Below, in pieces: positions 1 through 13,039 of a stretch of 64,000 nt of DNA. Under the pieces are notes generated by a model. It ran no database searches, was not told the origin of the DNA, and saw only the letters and a program-made list of their open reading frames with translations. The translations under genes and the position numbers were made by a program. Source of the DNA: Callorhinchus milii (taxonomy: Eukaryota); contig NW_024704743.1 of the NCBI RefSeq assembly GCF_018977255.1, positions 88,352,001 to 88,416,000 of the forward strand, given 5' to 3'. How positions within the stretch are numbered: the stretch's first letter is position 1; every line of letters begins with the position of its first letter.

Positions 1-444
1 TTGAGAATATCGAACAAATTTGAAATTTGAAATATTTGCAAAACAGCTCATTTCATTTTGCTCTCAGGCGTTTTATTTGCACTTTGCCATTTTTGGGAGT
101 TTGCAATTAGGAAATATTGCTAATGAGACTCAAATGTCCCTTTAAAGGACACAAACTTCCCATATCAAAATTGAATGGCAAATATTTCACTAAAAATGTT
201 CCAGCCAAAAATCAGTCTGTCCAATTGCAGCTACATGGTTTCAGAATCCTATGAACATATCCATTGTTTTGGGTGAAGGAATTAATCGTAACTTCCGTTT
301 AATACATATGAGAAAACAAGTGAGTTTGTGAAACCAGTCAGGTAATGGCTCTGACAAGTTACACTGCAAAGACTTCATGAGTAGTTTTCCAGGAGGGGAG
401 TAAGCATAGTGAGCGGGTAAGCGGAGTGAAGAGGTGGTATCAGC

Positions 445-790
445 ATTGTTGCTCTAGTCAAACATCTTTATTTGGTTAGCCGGGTGGTTGGCGCATGTGA
501 AAACCCATCACTGTAGCTAAGTGTATCCAGACGAGACAGAGAGCTCCATATATGTATGCCACCTACACATGGAAATTTCCCTTCTCTGAAATGGAGTAGG
601 AAATTATTGTGCTTACCTAGTTCTGGAAAGTATTAGGGGAAGATTGGCAAGAACTAAAGCTTAGGGACTCTAGATTGTATGTTGGGGTATTGCTGGAATT
701 TAACCAGCTGAAACTACAAGGCTTGCCATTGTAAGCACTGTCTGGCAAATTTCCTACTGCTTGAACACTCAATGAAGAGAAACACTGACC
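445..790 (-). repeat. Unclassified interspersed repeat (family X); other copies at about 1005-1233, 25915-26200 and 39200-39500 (+)
   Basis: Shared blocks ccaagccttg..cttgccaacct..cctaatactttcc.gaa..gtaagc..ttccatt..ggatac..gatgggttt. Confidence 0.8.
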
Positions 791-1689
791 TCTACAGGTC
801 AGAGGTGGCAACTGCATACTGAAAAATAACATCTGTGAGTTTATTATTGTCAGCTTTGTTGCAGCTACCGCAGCTGGGAAACTCGGAAAATCCTGCCCCT
901 CGTGCTCTACAAACCAAAAGTCCGAAGAAAGGAGAGATTAATAAGAAACAATCACACACTTTTATTTATTGGAGCTCTGGAACGCAAATGGAGTGCTGCG
1001 AAACGAAGTTGGCTAGACTCCATCAGTACCTCAACGCACACTCTGGGATCCCCAAGCCTTGCCTCTTTATCACTTATGCCTGATACTCTCCAGAATCAGG
1101 TAAGCTGTATGTGTCCCTCTGGGGTGAGAGTGCGCATTCCATTCCAAACAAGGAATGTCCATGGATAGGCGGCATGCGTGGAACCAGGCTGGCTTGGATA
1201 CTCTCGGTGATGGGTTTCTGCCTGTGTCAGACACAAAAAAATGAATTTGTTATTTTTATATTACTTTGACACAAAATGAACTACAATGCTTTTACGAGTA
1301 AATCATAAACAGAGCCCAACACAATATTAAATGGGAGACATCCAGAGACATTTCTAACAATGTGAATTTTCTATTAATTCTTGTTGATTAAACACAAAAA
1401 ATAAAGGATTATAAACTAGATGATTTCAAACTGCATAGATGATAATATGTTCTTGACATTTTTCTGCCCTATTGCTTAAAACAATATTTGCTCTTTAAAC
1501 AGCCTAGTTGTTTCAGAATGAGGTTTACTTTCCAGTAGACAGATTGACAAATGATGGGATCACAAATCATAACATTGATTCAGATAAAGAAGGCCCTTTC
1601 GTCCATTTGATCTCATCCTTTCAGGATACCAGAATTCCTGTTTCCCCATTGCTTATCCTTAGACTTATTGAACCTGCGCATAACTTAGG

Positions 1690-2580
1690 ATTAGGTTCAA
1701 TCCTCAGCAGTTCTTCCTACCCCACATTCGGCGCAGACCAGCACCACTTTCCTCCACCTCCATCTCATTGCCCGCCTGCAATTGTACCTCACACCCATTG
1801 CAGACGAGACCCTTATCCATGCATTCGTTACCTCCCACTTTGATTATTCCAATGCCCTCCTTGCTGGTCTCCCCAGCTCCACTATCCACAAAATCAAAAT
1901 TCCGCTGCTCATATCCCTAACCGAACCAAACTCTATACTTCCATCGCCAGGCTCCACTAGCTCCCTATTTCAGAAGAGATCAATTTAAAGATCCTCACAT
2001 TCATGTACAAATCACTTCATGCACCACCCTACTTCTCTGATCTGCTTGTACCTCACTCCACCACCTGCCACCTTCACTCAACTGGTTCCAGCCTCCTGCA
2101 TATCCCCTCCACTCCATGATTAGTGGGCGTGCTTTCAGCACCAAAACTGTGGAACTCTCTTACTCGATCTCTCTGCCTTGCCTCTTCCTTCCCTGTCTTC
2201 AGATCACATCTAAAGATCTTCCTCTTCGACCATTCCTACAGTTACCTCCCCCTCTTCCCACTCGGTGTCTAGCTCGCCACTGTGTCCGCTTGTTCTAGAT
2301 GTATTGACCGTGTTAACATATTATTAGGATTCAGTACATCTGTACCTCTTGTCTACTTGTTTTAGCTCTTGTCTACTTCAACAAGATATCCCGTGAGCCT
2401 TCTTTAGAGTTAACATTGATAGCTTCCATAGTCTGTCCTGAGAAATCAGTTGCATAGTTCCTGTTGTCGTGTTTATGGTCACCTCCCCTCTCCTGCTTTG
2501 TCAGACTCTACCATTGTGAAGCGGTCCGGGATGCTACCTCACATGAAAGGCGCTATATAAATACAAGTTGTTGGTGTTAT
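1690..2580 (+). mobile_element. Decayed L2 3' part and tail
   Basis: AdETLIHAFVTSHFDYSNALLAGLP and a tgaaaggcgctatataaatacaagttgttg tail. Confidence 0.88.
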
Positions 2581-4149
2581 CAATCTATTTGCTGGGAGGA
2601 TCAGTAAATAGAGGCTAAACACTTGCCTCAAATGATAAACATAACAAGGGATTCAGTTATCGTGGAACAATATATATATATATATGAGCTAAAGTACGAA
2701 ATTCCTCATGGGATTCCTTAATAAGTTGTGCAAATGTGAATTGCTTCCAATATCTGGAAGTATGTCTGGCTGACCCACAGGAGCTCTCCTCCAAGGTGTG
2801 CTCCAAAGTGATCTACCTCTAGAGCAGAATTCTTGTGCATCGATGGGATTTCTAATGGAATTCCTTAAGTAAATTTCCCCATTTACTATTAGAAACATCA
2901 CAAAAAGAGCAACAAAGCAGATCCCTAGGGTAAAGGGTTGAGATTTGTGGAAAGATTATAGAAATTTAAGCTTTTTAGTCCATAAAGAACACAATTCGTT
3001 GGGGGCGTTGGGGAGGGGGGGTCATCAAACCACTGTATGTAAAATGGTGAACAGTATGTTGAAATACAACCACAAAGCCAAGAATGAACTGATGTATCAA
3101 GATAAATGCAAAATAACTTGAAAAGATATTAGTAAATAACTGCTTCATTCAATGAATAATAAATGTTTCAAATAATCTACCATAGACATCACTAGCGACA
3201 AAAATGTTGAAATCAATATAGAATTAGGTGGGAGTGTTTGAGGCTTTGATGGTTCAAAGGTCCTAATGTTTTGTGTGTCCTTGGCTTATAACTTTAGAGG
3301 GCTGGTCAACTCAGACCACTCTAGTGCACCTCCCCATGGCTAGCTCAAGAATAACATTGAACTGACGTGAAAGGCGCTGGACAAATGTTATTTTGTATTT
3401 TATATTGTATTGTAACATTACTAGAGGATTGGGAGGGAGGACAGCTGACCCATTCCATGTTAGAGAAGTAAGAAAGGGAAGATAAAGTGCATAAAAACAG
3501 GAATGAAGATAATAACGTATTTGGGAAATCAATATTTTGAAGAGACATGAATTTACTGCTAACATATTTTATTATAAATCCATTGCCGTCACCCTGGAGA
3601 AATTGAGAGCCGAGGTTTTCCACATTAGGTAGGAGAGCAGCTGCTATTCTATTCTGGGGAAATGCCAAAGAAATGTTTTGAATGAAGATTAGAATGGGAC
3701 CTTTCGGTAGAATGCAAACCTCCCTTGATATGTGATTTGTGTTATCCAGTCTGTCCTCATATGAAGTGCTGTTATGGAAATGGGGTCAGAGTGTGTGGGG
3801 GATGGAACTGATTCCCACAGCAGCTGTATTTCTGTATACTGGCACAAGTTCAATTACACTATTGAACTTCTGGGGAAATGTACTATTATAAGTAAGAGAG
3901 TGGGTGTGAGAACGAGCAAGGAAGAGAAAAGGATGAGGAAGAGAAACTGAGAGAAGTAACAAGGGAAAAGGAAATGATTAAGAGGAAGAAAGAGAGTCAG
4001 CCCATATGGCAGTGTGATGACTCTATTTGGCATGTTTGGAAAAATTGCTAGTAATGTAATTGTACAAATAATAATCTGGTAAATTAAAATTATATTTTAT
4101 ATTAATTTAATTTAATAAAAGTGAAAATACAGAGTTGGAGAGATCAGCC

Positions 4150-4565
4150 TGTCTCTTGCCTCACAGTCAGAAGGTTGTGGATGCAAGCCTGACATCAGGA
4201 CTTTGAACTCATACAGTCTAATATGACACCCAATACAGTGCTAGAGGAATATTGCTTTGTTGGAGGTGCTGTCATTGAGATGAGGCATCAAACTGAGGCC
4301 GTGTCTGCTTGTTCAGGTGGATGTTAAAGATTCCATAACTCTATTCAAAAATAAAATGAATTTCTCCTGATGTCCTGGCCAATAATCCCAGATAAGATTG
4401 TTCATTCACTTCACAGCTGTTTGTGGGACATTGCTGTGTACAAATTGGCTGCTGTGTTGTTCCAACAAAATAGTCACTACATTTTACAGTAAATCCTGTG
4501 AAGTACTGTAAGACGTTTTCCTGGCATGAAAGGTGCTGCATCAAACCAAAGATTGTTATTATGAT
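4150..4565 (+). mobile_element. Older Deu-domain tRNA SINE (shark SacSINE/AmnSINE-like)
   Basis: gtcagaaggttgtgg..ggaggtgctgtc..gatgag..aggtggatgttaaagatt..gtcctggccaa..tgggacattgctgt. Confidence 0.8.
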
Positions 4566-5821
4566 TTTTATTCCTCTAATTGCTTTTATTGAAATTATTA
4601 GTTGTTTTCTTGTTTACCATTCCCCTCACCGATTGTTTCTCCTTCTTATACTGGAGGCTAGAGTATGGGTTCATACTATCCTTTAGCATTACACCCAGTG
4701 GTCATTTATCCTGTGTAACTATCTGCAGTGATTATCAGCAGGCAATGTGATGGGGGAGGGAGAAGGGAGATTTTAAAGCCAATCCTGATTTTGTGTTGAC
4801 CTCAGGTTTGAAATTTCACCTGGTCTTTGCCTTAAGTCTACATTTTGCCTTAACATTTTTTTTCTCTTGTGCAGAAATTTGGAAACAAATTAATTTCAGT
4901 CTTAATTTCAGATCAGTTTTCAACTGTTTCTAAGAAAATCTGCTTCCAAACAAAAAATAAACTTAAGAATTTTCCAAAATTCTGCACGATCTTACATTTT
5001 GTGACATCCCATAGCAGGAGTCACTGGATAATGATCAGGATTGGGAAGTTGCATTTTTCCACCTGACCTGGAACAGTGATGTCAATTGTATCACCCCTAC
5101 TACCAACCCAGCTACGATCAGCTAACTCAGCACACGCTGTGGATTGAATCTGCGCTCATTCTGGCCTGTGTTATTCAGGCTGAGACATTACCAACTGCAA
5201 TTTTAGAGGAACTCTCAATGTTAAATTTAAGACCAATTATTCTAGTACTGATGGATTCGTTATTGACAACCCTATTCCAGCTGCCGCGTTTTGCCCACAA
5301 AATATACAGTCAATTCACTTTACATTCTACTCTGTGAGCGCTTTGAGACGTCTCGAAGATGTGATAAGGCACTATATCAAATGCAAGGAATATTAATAGT
5401 AGTAGTATTCCACAGCAGTGGACCAAACTATGAAGAGCATGGGGGCCTCCTGCTTTTGCAAAGGCAAAAATAGTGACATTTAAAGCGTGATTTAAACAGT
5501 GTGGCACGTCAAACATTTTACCATCAATACAATTCTTGCTGGGTGGATAATAAAATGTTCCACCAAGTCATTTTTGCTCAAATGTGTATTATTATCTAAC
5601 TCAATGGCAACTGCGGGAATAAACTGAAACACTTGCCATGGTTTAGGAAAACTAATGATTTTGTTATAGTGTGAGAGATAGTATGGTGTGAGAGATAGTA
5701 TGATTCGACTTAAGTATTGCATTGACTTACAACTGCAGGCCTGGCTGTTACAAACAATCTTATTAATCACCAGCAGTTTGGGAAAGGACCAAAACTGACA
5801 AAATGTGCTGCAATGTATCAG

Positions 5822-6255
5822 TCTGGCTCAATTGGCAGCACTCTCACCTTTGAGTAAAAAGGTTGTGGATTCAACCCTTACATTGGGACTTTGAACTCAC
5901 AGACTAAACTGACACTCTAGTGCATTGCAGGAGATCATGACATTGTCAGAGGTGCCATCCATCAGTTGAGACATTAAATGGATGTCATGTTTGCCTGTTC
6001 AGGAGAATGTTAAAGATTCTATTACACTACTTGAAAAGAGAAGGAAATTTCTCCTGGCGTCCTGTTCAACAATCCCCAAGATAAAATTGATCATTTACTT
6101 CATGGCTTTTCGTGGGACCTTGCTGTGTGCAAAATTGTCTGCCATGTTCACCTACAATCACTACATTTTACAACAAATCCTGTAAAGTATTTTGAGTAAT
6201 TTCAGTGTGATAAGGCATATGTAATTCAGGGCTTATTATGATAATTATTATTAAT
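5822..6255 (+). mobile_element. Older Deu-domain tRNA SINE
   Basis: Same motif order as 4150-4565. Confidence 0.8.
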
Positions 6256-6282
6256 AAGAAAACCCAAGTGAATATGTCAATT

Positions 6283-6650
6283 GTGGAGTCCTGTGGCTCA
6301 GTGGTTAGAGCACTCACATTGCAAGCAAGAGACCTAGGTTCAATTCCCAGCAAGGCAAAATGTTGGACAAGTTTCCTATGTTTACCTAGCAGTAAGTAGG
6401 AACCCAGTTGTTAGTCGATTGGCAGATCGCTTTTCCAGGAGTAATAATTCCTTCTTAAAAAATAAATAAAATAATAAATTGGCCACTCAATCCACGACTG
6501 TTTGTGGGACACTGTTATGCACAATTGGCTGCTGCGTTTCGCCCACAAAATGTACAGTCACTTCACTTTACAGTATTTTCTGTGAAGCGCTTTGAGACGC
6601 CTCGAAGACATGATAAGATGCTAAATCAAATGCAAGGTTTTTTTTATTAT
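6283..6650 (+). mobile_element. tRNA-derived SINE (tRNA-Ala-like head, CORE-like and Deu-like body, L2-type tail), full length
   Basis: A box TGGCTCAGTGG, B box GGTTCAATTCC, and a shared body and tail. Confidence 0.9.
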
Positions 6651-6899
6651 AGTTGAGGTCAGGAGTGAATTTGTAGAATTCCTTTCTAGCTTGCTGTCCT
6701 CTTGGTCGAAAAACAGGCTGAAAGGGAAGAATCAAAGCAAAATGTTTGACATTATACAATTCCTTGTAAAACATGTGCCATTCATTTTGGAGAAATAGCA
6801 AAACCTTAACAAAACTTGACTTATAAGAGAATGTCTTCTGGCAAAACGTGCTGAGTATTTTGGCAAAGAGCTGGATGTGCACAAAGACACTGGCTGTAC

Positions 6900-7010
6900 A
6901 GGTGCTGGAAACGTGGGAGATTTGGCAGCACGAGCCATTCGATAATTACATTCATATTTCCATGGCAGGCAGTAGACATACTCAAGCTGACCGTTTTATA
7001 AATCCACACG
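6900..7010 (-). pseudogene. SLC26A7: Remnant of penultimate SLC26A7 exon (A-CGFIK...CHGNMN...IIE...AA/ISHVSS)
   Basis: tgtttgtcttcAG acceptor in phase 1. Motifs track ASLIK..YYGNLD..FFESVSAAISHIHS across frameshifts. Confidence 0.55.
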
Positions 7011-7305
7011 CTGAAGACAAACAAGAGCTGGCACAAGGCTCTGGGCAGCTGGGCAATGGGCTGCAGGCAAGAGTGCATTTAAACGGGCAATCCTACACTG
7101 AATACCAAACTCATTACCAATTACAAACAGCCTGTACTGCAATGCTTAGATCATTGCATCGATTAATGTTTTATGGGTTTATTGGAAGAAACAACTATAT
7201 TTTTATTGCACTTATGTTGTAGCAAAAGGTGCTCTCACACACAAACATTGGCACAGTTTATAATTTGCACAGATATTTTGATGTAGCACTAAATATTTAT
7301 TTTAC

Positions 7306-7444
7306 CCTGTGTATCACAACAGTGCAACTTTTCAGTCACATTCTCAAAAAGGCAGAGCAGAGATTGCCTGGATGAGGTGCCTAAGCCCTCATAAAACAGT
7401 TTTATTTCTTTAAAGATGGCAGAACTTCCATCATCCAAGAGTAT
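7306..7444 (-). pseudogene. SLC26A7: Remnants of two STAS exons: ILLDDGSSAIFKEIKLFYE and QSLLCLFENVTEKLHC
   Basis: Resemble LILDCSGFTFFD...MLVE and VYMDCKGRSVDVLLAHC. Only about 20 nt separate them. Within ORF 7289..7483. Confidence 0.5.
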
Positions 7445-8167
7445 TTGGGGCATCTTTAATAATAATAATAATAATCCTTTCATTCAATATAGAACCTTTC
7501 ACGTCAGGAGGATATCTCAAAGAACTTCTCAGGATTTTACTGTAGAGTACAGTGACTGAATTTTGTAGGAGAACGTGGCAGCTAATTTGCAAACAGCAAT
7601 GTCCCACAAACAGCCATGAAGAAGTGGTCAATATTATCTGAATTTAAAGGGGCATCACTGCTATTGGAAGCATGTTAGGTGTGCGTTGTGCAATTATTTT
7701 GAACACAAAACAGTGTTATTGACATAAGCTAGGATTATGGCACTATGAATATATTGTTGTGACATTGTTGGTGCACCACAATGATTGCAATGCACCCCTC
7801 TCCCCAGTTGATGTTAATACTTCTTGATAACTACTGTGAGCTTGAAATTTTACAACAACATTTACACTTTTATAATGCCTTTTGCTTAGGAAAGCATCTT
7901 AACGTGCTTCACAGAAGCGGAGTAGGAGTCCAAGCGGGTGGGAGATAGTAAGGAAAACAAAGAAGGAAAGAGATGTCATTTGCATTTATTTTGGACCATT
8001 TTCTAACAATAATCTAACAATTCCAAACCTGGCTGAAAATGATCATTATAATAGTAACTTGCACGGTAGTGCAATAAATACCAGGAGTGTTAAATGTAAA
8101 GAACTGTTTTCAGAAGAGATTTAATTCCAAAAGATCACAATTTCACCCTTATATCTTAGTGGCCTAC

Positions 8168-8286
8168 CCTTTACAATTCCAGCACACTAAGATCAAAGCT
8201 TGTCAAAAAAAAATCCTTTCAGGTGCTGAATATTTAATGGTGAATAGAATAGTTAAAACACTGCCTCGGGGAACAGTCTTCAGCAT
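8168..8286 (-). pseudogene. Possible remnant of the first STAS-domain exon (TVPRGSVLT / SPLN...FFFDKL)
   Basis: cAG and GTAGGC flanks. Resembles SLC26 EVPGxKIxT..SPLxFxN..FF with a frameshift. Confidence 0.3.
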
Positions 8287-8686
8287 CTGCACTGACACAC
8301 CCTGAGGGAGCCAAGCTGAGATCAGTTAACTGGTCAGAGGGTTGAGTGCAACGTCAGAAAACAGACCTGCTTTAAGCAGGGAATATGCACAAGCCAGGGT
8401 TGGCGGGTGTGAATCTGCCCCTGAACACATGGTACTAGCTTTGCTGGTGGTAATTCCGGGAACAGACTAAAGCTGCATTTGCTTTCCAATGACATTGCTG
8501 CAAGTAAATGAGGTGGCTCTGCGCCCTACAGTAATATTTTTTTCTGTGTATGCACAGCTGTTTCTGTGTTGCTGTTGGTCCTGTCAAATTTACCCTGTGG
8601 TTACAGAACCGACAGCATAGGGTGTAGCTGAGATGCTTCCATTAAATCCCTCAGAAACTCCCAGGAAAAATAAATAGGATGTTCAC

Positions 8687-8764
8687 TTTTCTTCTCTGCT
8701 GGGAAGGTAACATTTTAACTTCCACCAAACAGACTTCCTGCAATGCTGTGCATTTTAGTCACTC
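8687..8764 (-). pseudogene. Possible SLC26A7 exon remnant (KCTALQEVCLVEVKM)
   Basis: cAG acceptor after a short (about 76 nt) intron. ExK[MV] is in register with MTVSIKNMKEMEFKV. Confidence 0.3.
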
Positions 8765-8840
8765 CTGCCAAATAATGTCAAAGAGCAGTGAGCAGTAATT
8801 TACACATACTCATGTCCATTGCCTGATTAGAATTGGAAAC

Positions 8841-8955
8841 CTCAAAGGAAAGAAATCACTGGGGTGAAAATGGCGAGGTGTAAGGTGATCATTGTTACCA
8901 ATGATAACTGTCACATCAATGGACATTGCGGTCAAGGCCAGTCAATAATTATCAT
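8841..8955 (-). pseudogene. Possible SLC26A7 exon remnant (SIDVTVIIG...FFPLR|GT, phase 2)
   Basis: Resembles AANVGLLFG...RFPR ending in AG|GT phase 2. Stops and indels present. Confidence 0.35.
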
Positions 8956-9031
8956 CTGCCCCCCCCCCCCCCCACCCCAAGTTTGGTTCAACAGGTGGGC
9001 TCAAACTGCCTTTGGCTACAACTGGCACCGC

Positions 9032-9032
<1 letters not shown>

Positions 9033-9094
<62 letters not shown>

Positions 9095-9095
9095 T
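9033..9095 (+). repeat. (AAT)n microsatellite, expanded SINE tail
   Basis: Perfect AAT run followed by atccttgcatttg (antisense SINE 3' end). Confidence 0.95.
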
Positions 9096-10089
9096 ATATC
9101 CTTGCATTTGAGATAGCGCTTTTCACATCTTCTAGATCAATATTGTTCACAGCATTCCTGCTTGCCAGTAATGCTATTGCAACATAAATGCAGCAATTGT
9201 CTGAAGTAGATTTACCATCAACAAAGCTGCTGCCAAGTGCCCAGGAACAGACTCACGCTAGCCAACACCAATTTGTGTGCTTTTCTGCTTTTGTGTATGT
9301 AATACCGACTAGCTCACCAATGTAGCTTGTTCACCCACAAAATACAGTCAATACACTTCACAGGATAGCCTGCAAAACGTCCTCCCGATGTGAAACTTGC
9401 TATGTGGTCTGTAAGAATTATTATTTGGCACATAGTGATCCGCAATTATGAAAGACTGTGGTGATAATCAAATTGAGATTTACTACGCAATCGCTCCCTT
9501 ATTGCTCACTATCCGCATCCAATCTCTCAGGCCCCGCCTTATACAAAGTGGAGAAAAGTGGTCGACATCCGAGTAGTCAGGTTACTGCTGACAGCACTTC
9601 CTGTGCGTTGTGTGCATTCGCACTGGCGTTATCCGCCAACTTCCAGGTCATTGGCTCATTATCATATCCTGCACAAAATAAAATATCCTGAACAAAATAG
9701 TAAACAATAGAGATTAGAAGATAGAGTTCAAATCTACTTAACCTTGCAAATAATAATAATTATAATAATCCTTGCATTTAATAAAGCCGCATCAAGAGGA
9801 TGTCTCAAAGTGCTTCACAGGATATGCTTTAAAGTGTATGACTGTGTAGTTTGCTGGTGAACACCATGTGTGGGAATGTGGGAGCACCATTTATCTTAAA
9901 CAAAGTCTGCTTGAATTTTCAGCAAAACTGTATCCCAAATTAAAAAGGTATGGTAAATCTGACTTTAATTACTATAGGGTTGACTAATTATCCAGCCATC
10001 TCCACTGGAAAGACTGTATTAGTGGATATCAGGCAAAACAGGATTAGGCACTCTTGTATTCCTCCCCCTACCCATAACCCCACCCTCAC

Positions 10090-10178
10090 GGTCAAATAGT
10101 CAACTGATACTGTCTTCTTTAGCCTTAAAAGTGAAGAACGACCACTAGAGTAATGTAGTAGAAGTAGACCAGGATACA
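10090..10178 (-). pseudogene. SLC26A7: SLC26A7 exon remnant (CILVYFYYITL...HF / LKKTVSVD|GTGAGG)
   Basis: Matches CVLASIIVVGL...QFRDLKKYWNVD with a frameshift. Acceptor AG lost, donor retained. Confidence 0.5.
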
Positions 10179-11202
10179 GTTCCAGAGGCACTGGTCAGAC
10201 TCCAGTATATTACTCAAGTGGTCATTACACTGCTTTGTGAGAGGAGAGGAAACATTTGTAGTGGGAAATATAAACTTGCATTTTCTGGATACATTGCTAT
10301 ACAAAAATATCAAAATGAAATCTGGGTTCCGAAAAAAAATGACCTTGCTTGGCACAGGAATCTTAAAGGGAAAGATCCCTGCTTCCTCAGCTGTGGAGTG
10401 TCACAAACTCAATGCTCACAGAAAATGGCTTCAGACTATTAGGAACTGATCATGACCAATGTTTACTTATATAATGCTTGACATAAATTGTGGCCTTGGG
10501 CCTTTATTGCATCTCTGAGGTGACATAACTGTGGAGAGGGCAGAGGTCAGCTCATCCTCTAGATTACATGAAAATTACACTGATGGGACAGAAGGTACCA
10601 CATTAAAATGTCTCCAATACTGGCTTGATTCAGTGAGAGGAGAGGATAAATTTGGAGCAACTTCTAAACATCAAACATAGTCATTGATGGAAAGAATTGA
10701 GAAAAGCCCATCATGTGTGGGTCACTCAGTTGCACTCAGATAGTTGGACCCTGTGCAGATGTAATTGAATGGCATTGCAATGGGATTGCATACTCACTAG
10801 TGAAGTTGCCAAGATTTCAAGAAGGAAAAAAGGAATCAACTAACCTTGCAAAACGACATTAACCAAAACAAATCGAATTCCTTGGTGTGTGGAGAGGATG
10901 CTCAGTGGGAGTTAATAGTTTGACCCAAAAATTCCTTCCTCGAGCATCATTAGCTACACAACTCATGAACTCAAAGGATTGATACAACATTGAGCCATTT
11001 ATACCAAACAAGCCTGATTGTATAAACGTAGTGAAGTTTTCTTTTAAATAGAGGCAACAGTGAGCTCTATGGGAATTTAGCATTGCAGAAGACAGCTGCC
11101 TTCTCTTGGACCCTGAGATGTAATCACATGACAGGTAATGAGTTGTGTTTGTTGGCTGGTGTGCAAAAAAACAGTAAGCAAAGTTTTTTTTAAAATAATT
11201 AT

Positions 11203-12640
11203 AACAACAACAAAATTACATTTATAGAGAGTGCCTTTCATGGTGGGAGGACATCCCAAAGCGCTGAACAGTCAGGTGTCGGGGACCGAGCATGGGGGAG
11301 GGATGGTGTAGGGGTGAGGGAAGCCAGAGAGGTGGGAGGGCGACCGAAGGTACGATCGAAGAGAAGGGTCTTGAGACCAGCCTTGAAGGAGGCAAGGGAG
11401 GAAGCGAGGCAGAAGGACCGTGGGAAGGAGTTCCACAGTATGGGGGCAGAGAGGCTGAAAGCCCAGCCACCGATAGTAGAGCGGGTCTGGAGGGAGACAA
11501 TGGAACAGACTGGAGCCCACTGAACGGAGGGAGTAAGCAGGTTGGTAGGGAGTCAGCAGGTCAGAGAGGTAGGAGGGGGAAAGGCCATGGATGGCCTTGA
11601 AAGTGAGGACGAGAATCTTGAATTCGATCCTCTGAGCGATGGGGAGCCAGTGGAGTCGGGCGAGGGTGGAGGTGATGGGGTCGCGGAGCCTGGTACGTGA
11701 GAGTACACGAGCTGCAGATTTTGGATGAGGAGGGAGTTCCCATAATCGAGCCTTGATCTGATGAATGAGTAGGTGAGGATTTCGGCAGCCTGAGGGGTGA
11801 GGCAGTGGCGGCGTCTGGCAATGTTGTGGAGGTGGTGGTAGGCAGTGCCGGTCATGGCGCGGATGTGGGGGAGAACATCACCCAGGTTCCTGACTGGCTT
11901 AGTGAGGTTGAGTGTGCAGCCATGGAGGCTGATGCTGCCAGCGCCTGCGATGCGGAGGCGCTGGCGCGAGCCAATCAGGAGGGCATCAGTCTTGCTGACG
12001 TTGAGTTGGAGAAAGTTGGCCCTCATCCAGGACTTGATGTCGGACAGGCAGTCGGTCAGGATGCCAGTAGTCCTGGAGTTCAGGGTGGAGGCAGAGAGGT
12101 AGAGTTGGGTGTTATCCGCATACATGTGGAAATTAGCCCCATGTCTGCGGATGATATCACCAAGGGGGAGCTTGTAGAGGGTGAAGAGGAGGGGACCGAG
12201 GACAGTGCCCTGAGGAACACCGCAGGAGACGGTGCGGGGGCTGGAGGAGATGCCGCTTGCCGAAATGGAGGAGCTGTGAAAGGTAAGACCTGAACCAAGC
12301 AAGGACAGAACCTTGAAGGTTGAGGTGGGAGGAGAGGCGATGGAGGAGAATTGAGTGGTCCACAGTGTCAAAGGCAGCAGAGAGGTTGAGGAGGATGAGG
12401 AGGCAGAAGGAGCCCTGGTCACACATGGTCAGGATATCATTTGTGACCTTGACCAGAGCGGTTTCGCTGTGGGCAGCACGGAAACCCGATTGGAGGGGTT
12501 CATGGAGGGAGTGAGAGGAGAGGAAAGAGCGAAGCTGGGAGGCAACAGCTCTCTCAAGGACCTTGGCTAGGTGGGGAGATTTGAGATGGGCTGGTAGCTA
12601 GATAGCTCTGATGGATCAAGGGAAGGTTTCTTCAATGTTA
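11203..12640 (-). mobile_element. 5'-truncated L2 LINE (RT to tail)
   Basis: [21 protein letters not shown] and a caacaa tail. Similar to 59480-61045. Confidence 0.95.
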
Positions 12641-13039
12641 CTTCAAACAGTGACATTCACAAAACAGCAATGTAGGACTAAATAATGTAATGGTAATGAC
12701 TACATAATTTTGACAGCTACGAAGCATTGGAGCAATGGACATCACATTTGAAAAACTAACTGTATCCATATACATTTCTCATGTGTTAAATGGTCCTGGT
12801 TTTGCAAATAATCCACTCTACAGTAGGGGCAATTTGGAAAGAGACCTGGATAATTTAGACTGATCACTCTCAGTGTCAGGACAATGAAGCAAACCAATTA
12901 AAGCAAACTGGTTCTGCAATACACAGCCTGAACAGGAGAGAATAAATCTCCAAAGATTCTGCTGAGGCTTTGCAAAGTATTGGTTAGACATCACTTAGAG
13001 CTCTTTGTTAGTTTCGCGTCACCACTCCAAATAAAATTG

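Noticed and set aside
617..832. Minus-strand ORF with AG/GTAAG flanks and a PTYNLE motif, at first suggesting an SLC26 first exon
   Set aside because: It lies inside repeat family X (same sequence at about 1005, 25915 and 39200) and ends in TAG.
6732..7080. TATAAA, an E-box and ORF MARAAKSP...RRHSL as a separate promoter and gene
   Set aside because: Better explained as the frameshifted penultimate SLC26A7 exon remnant. No further exons support a separate gene.
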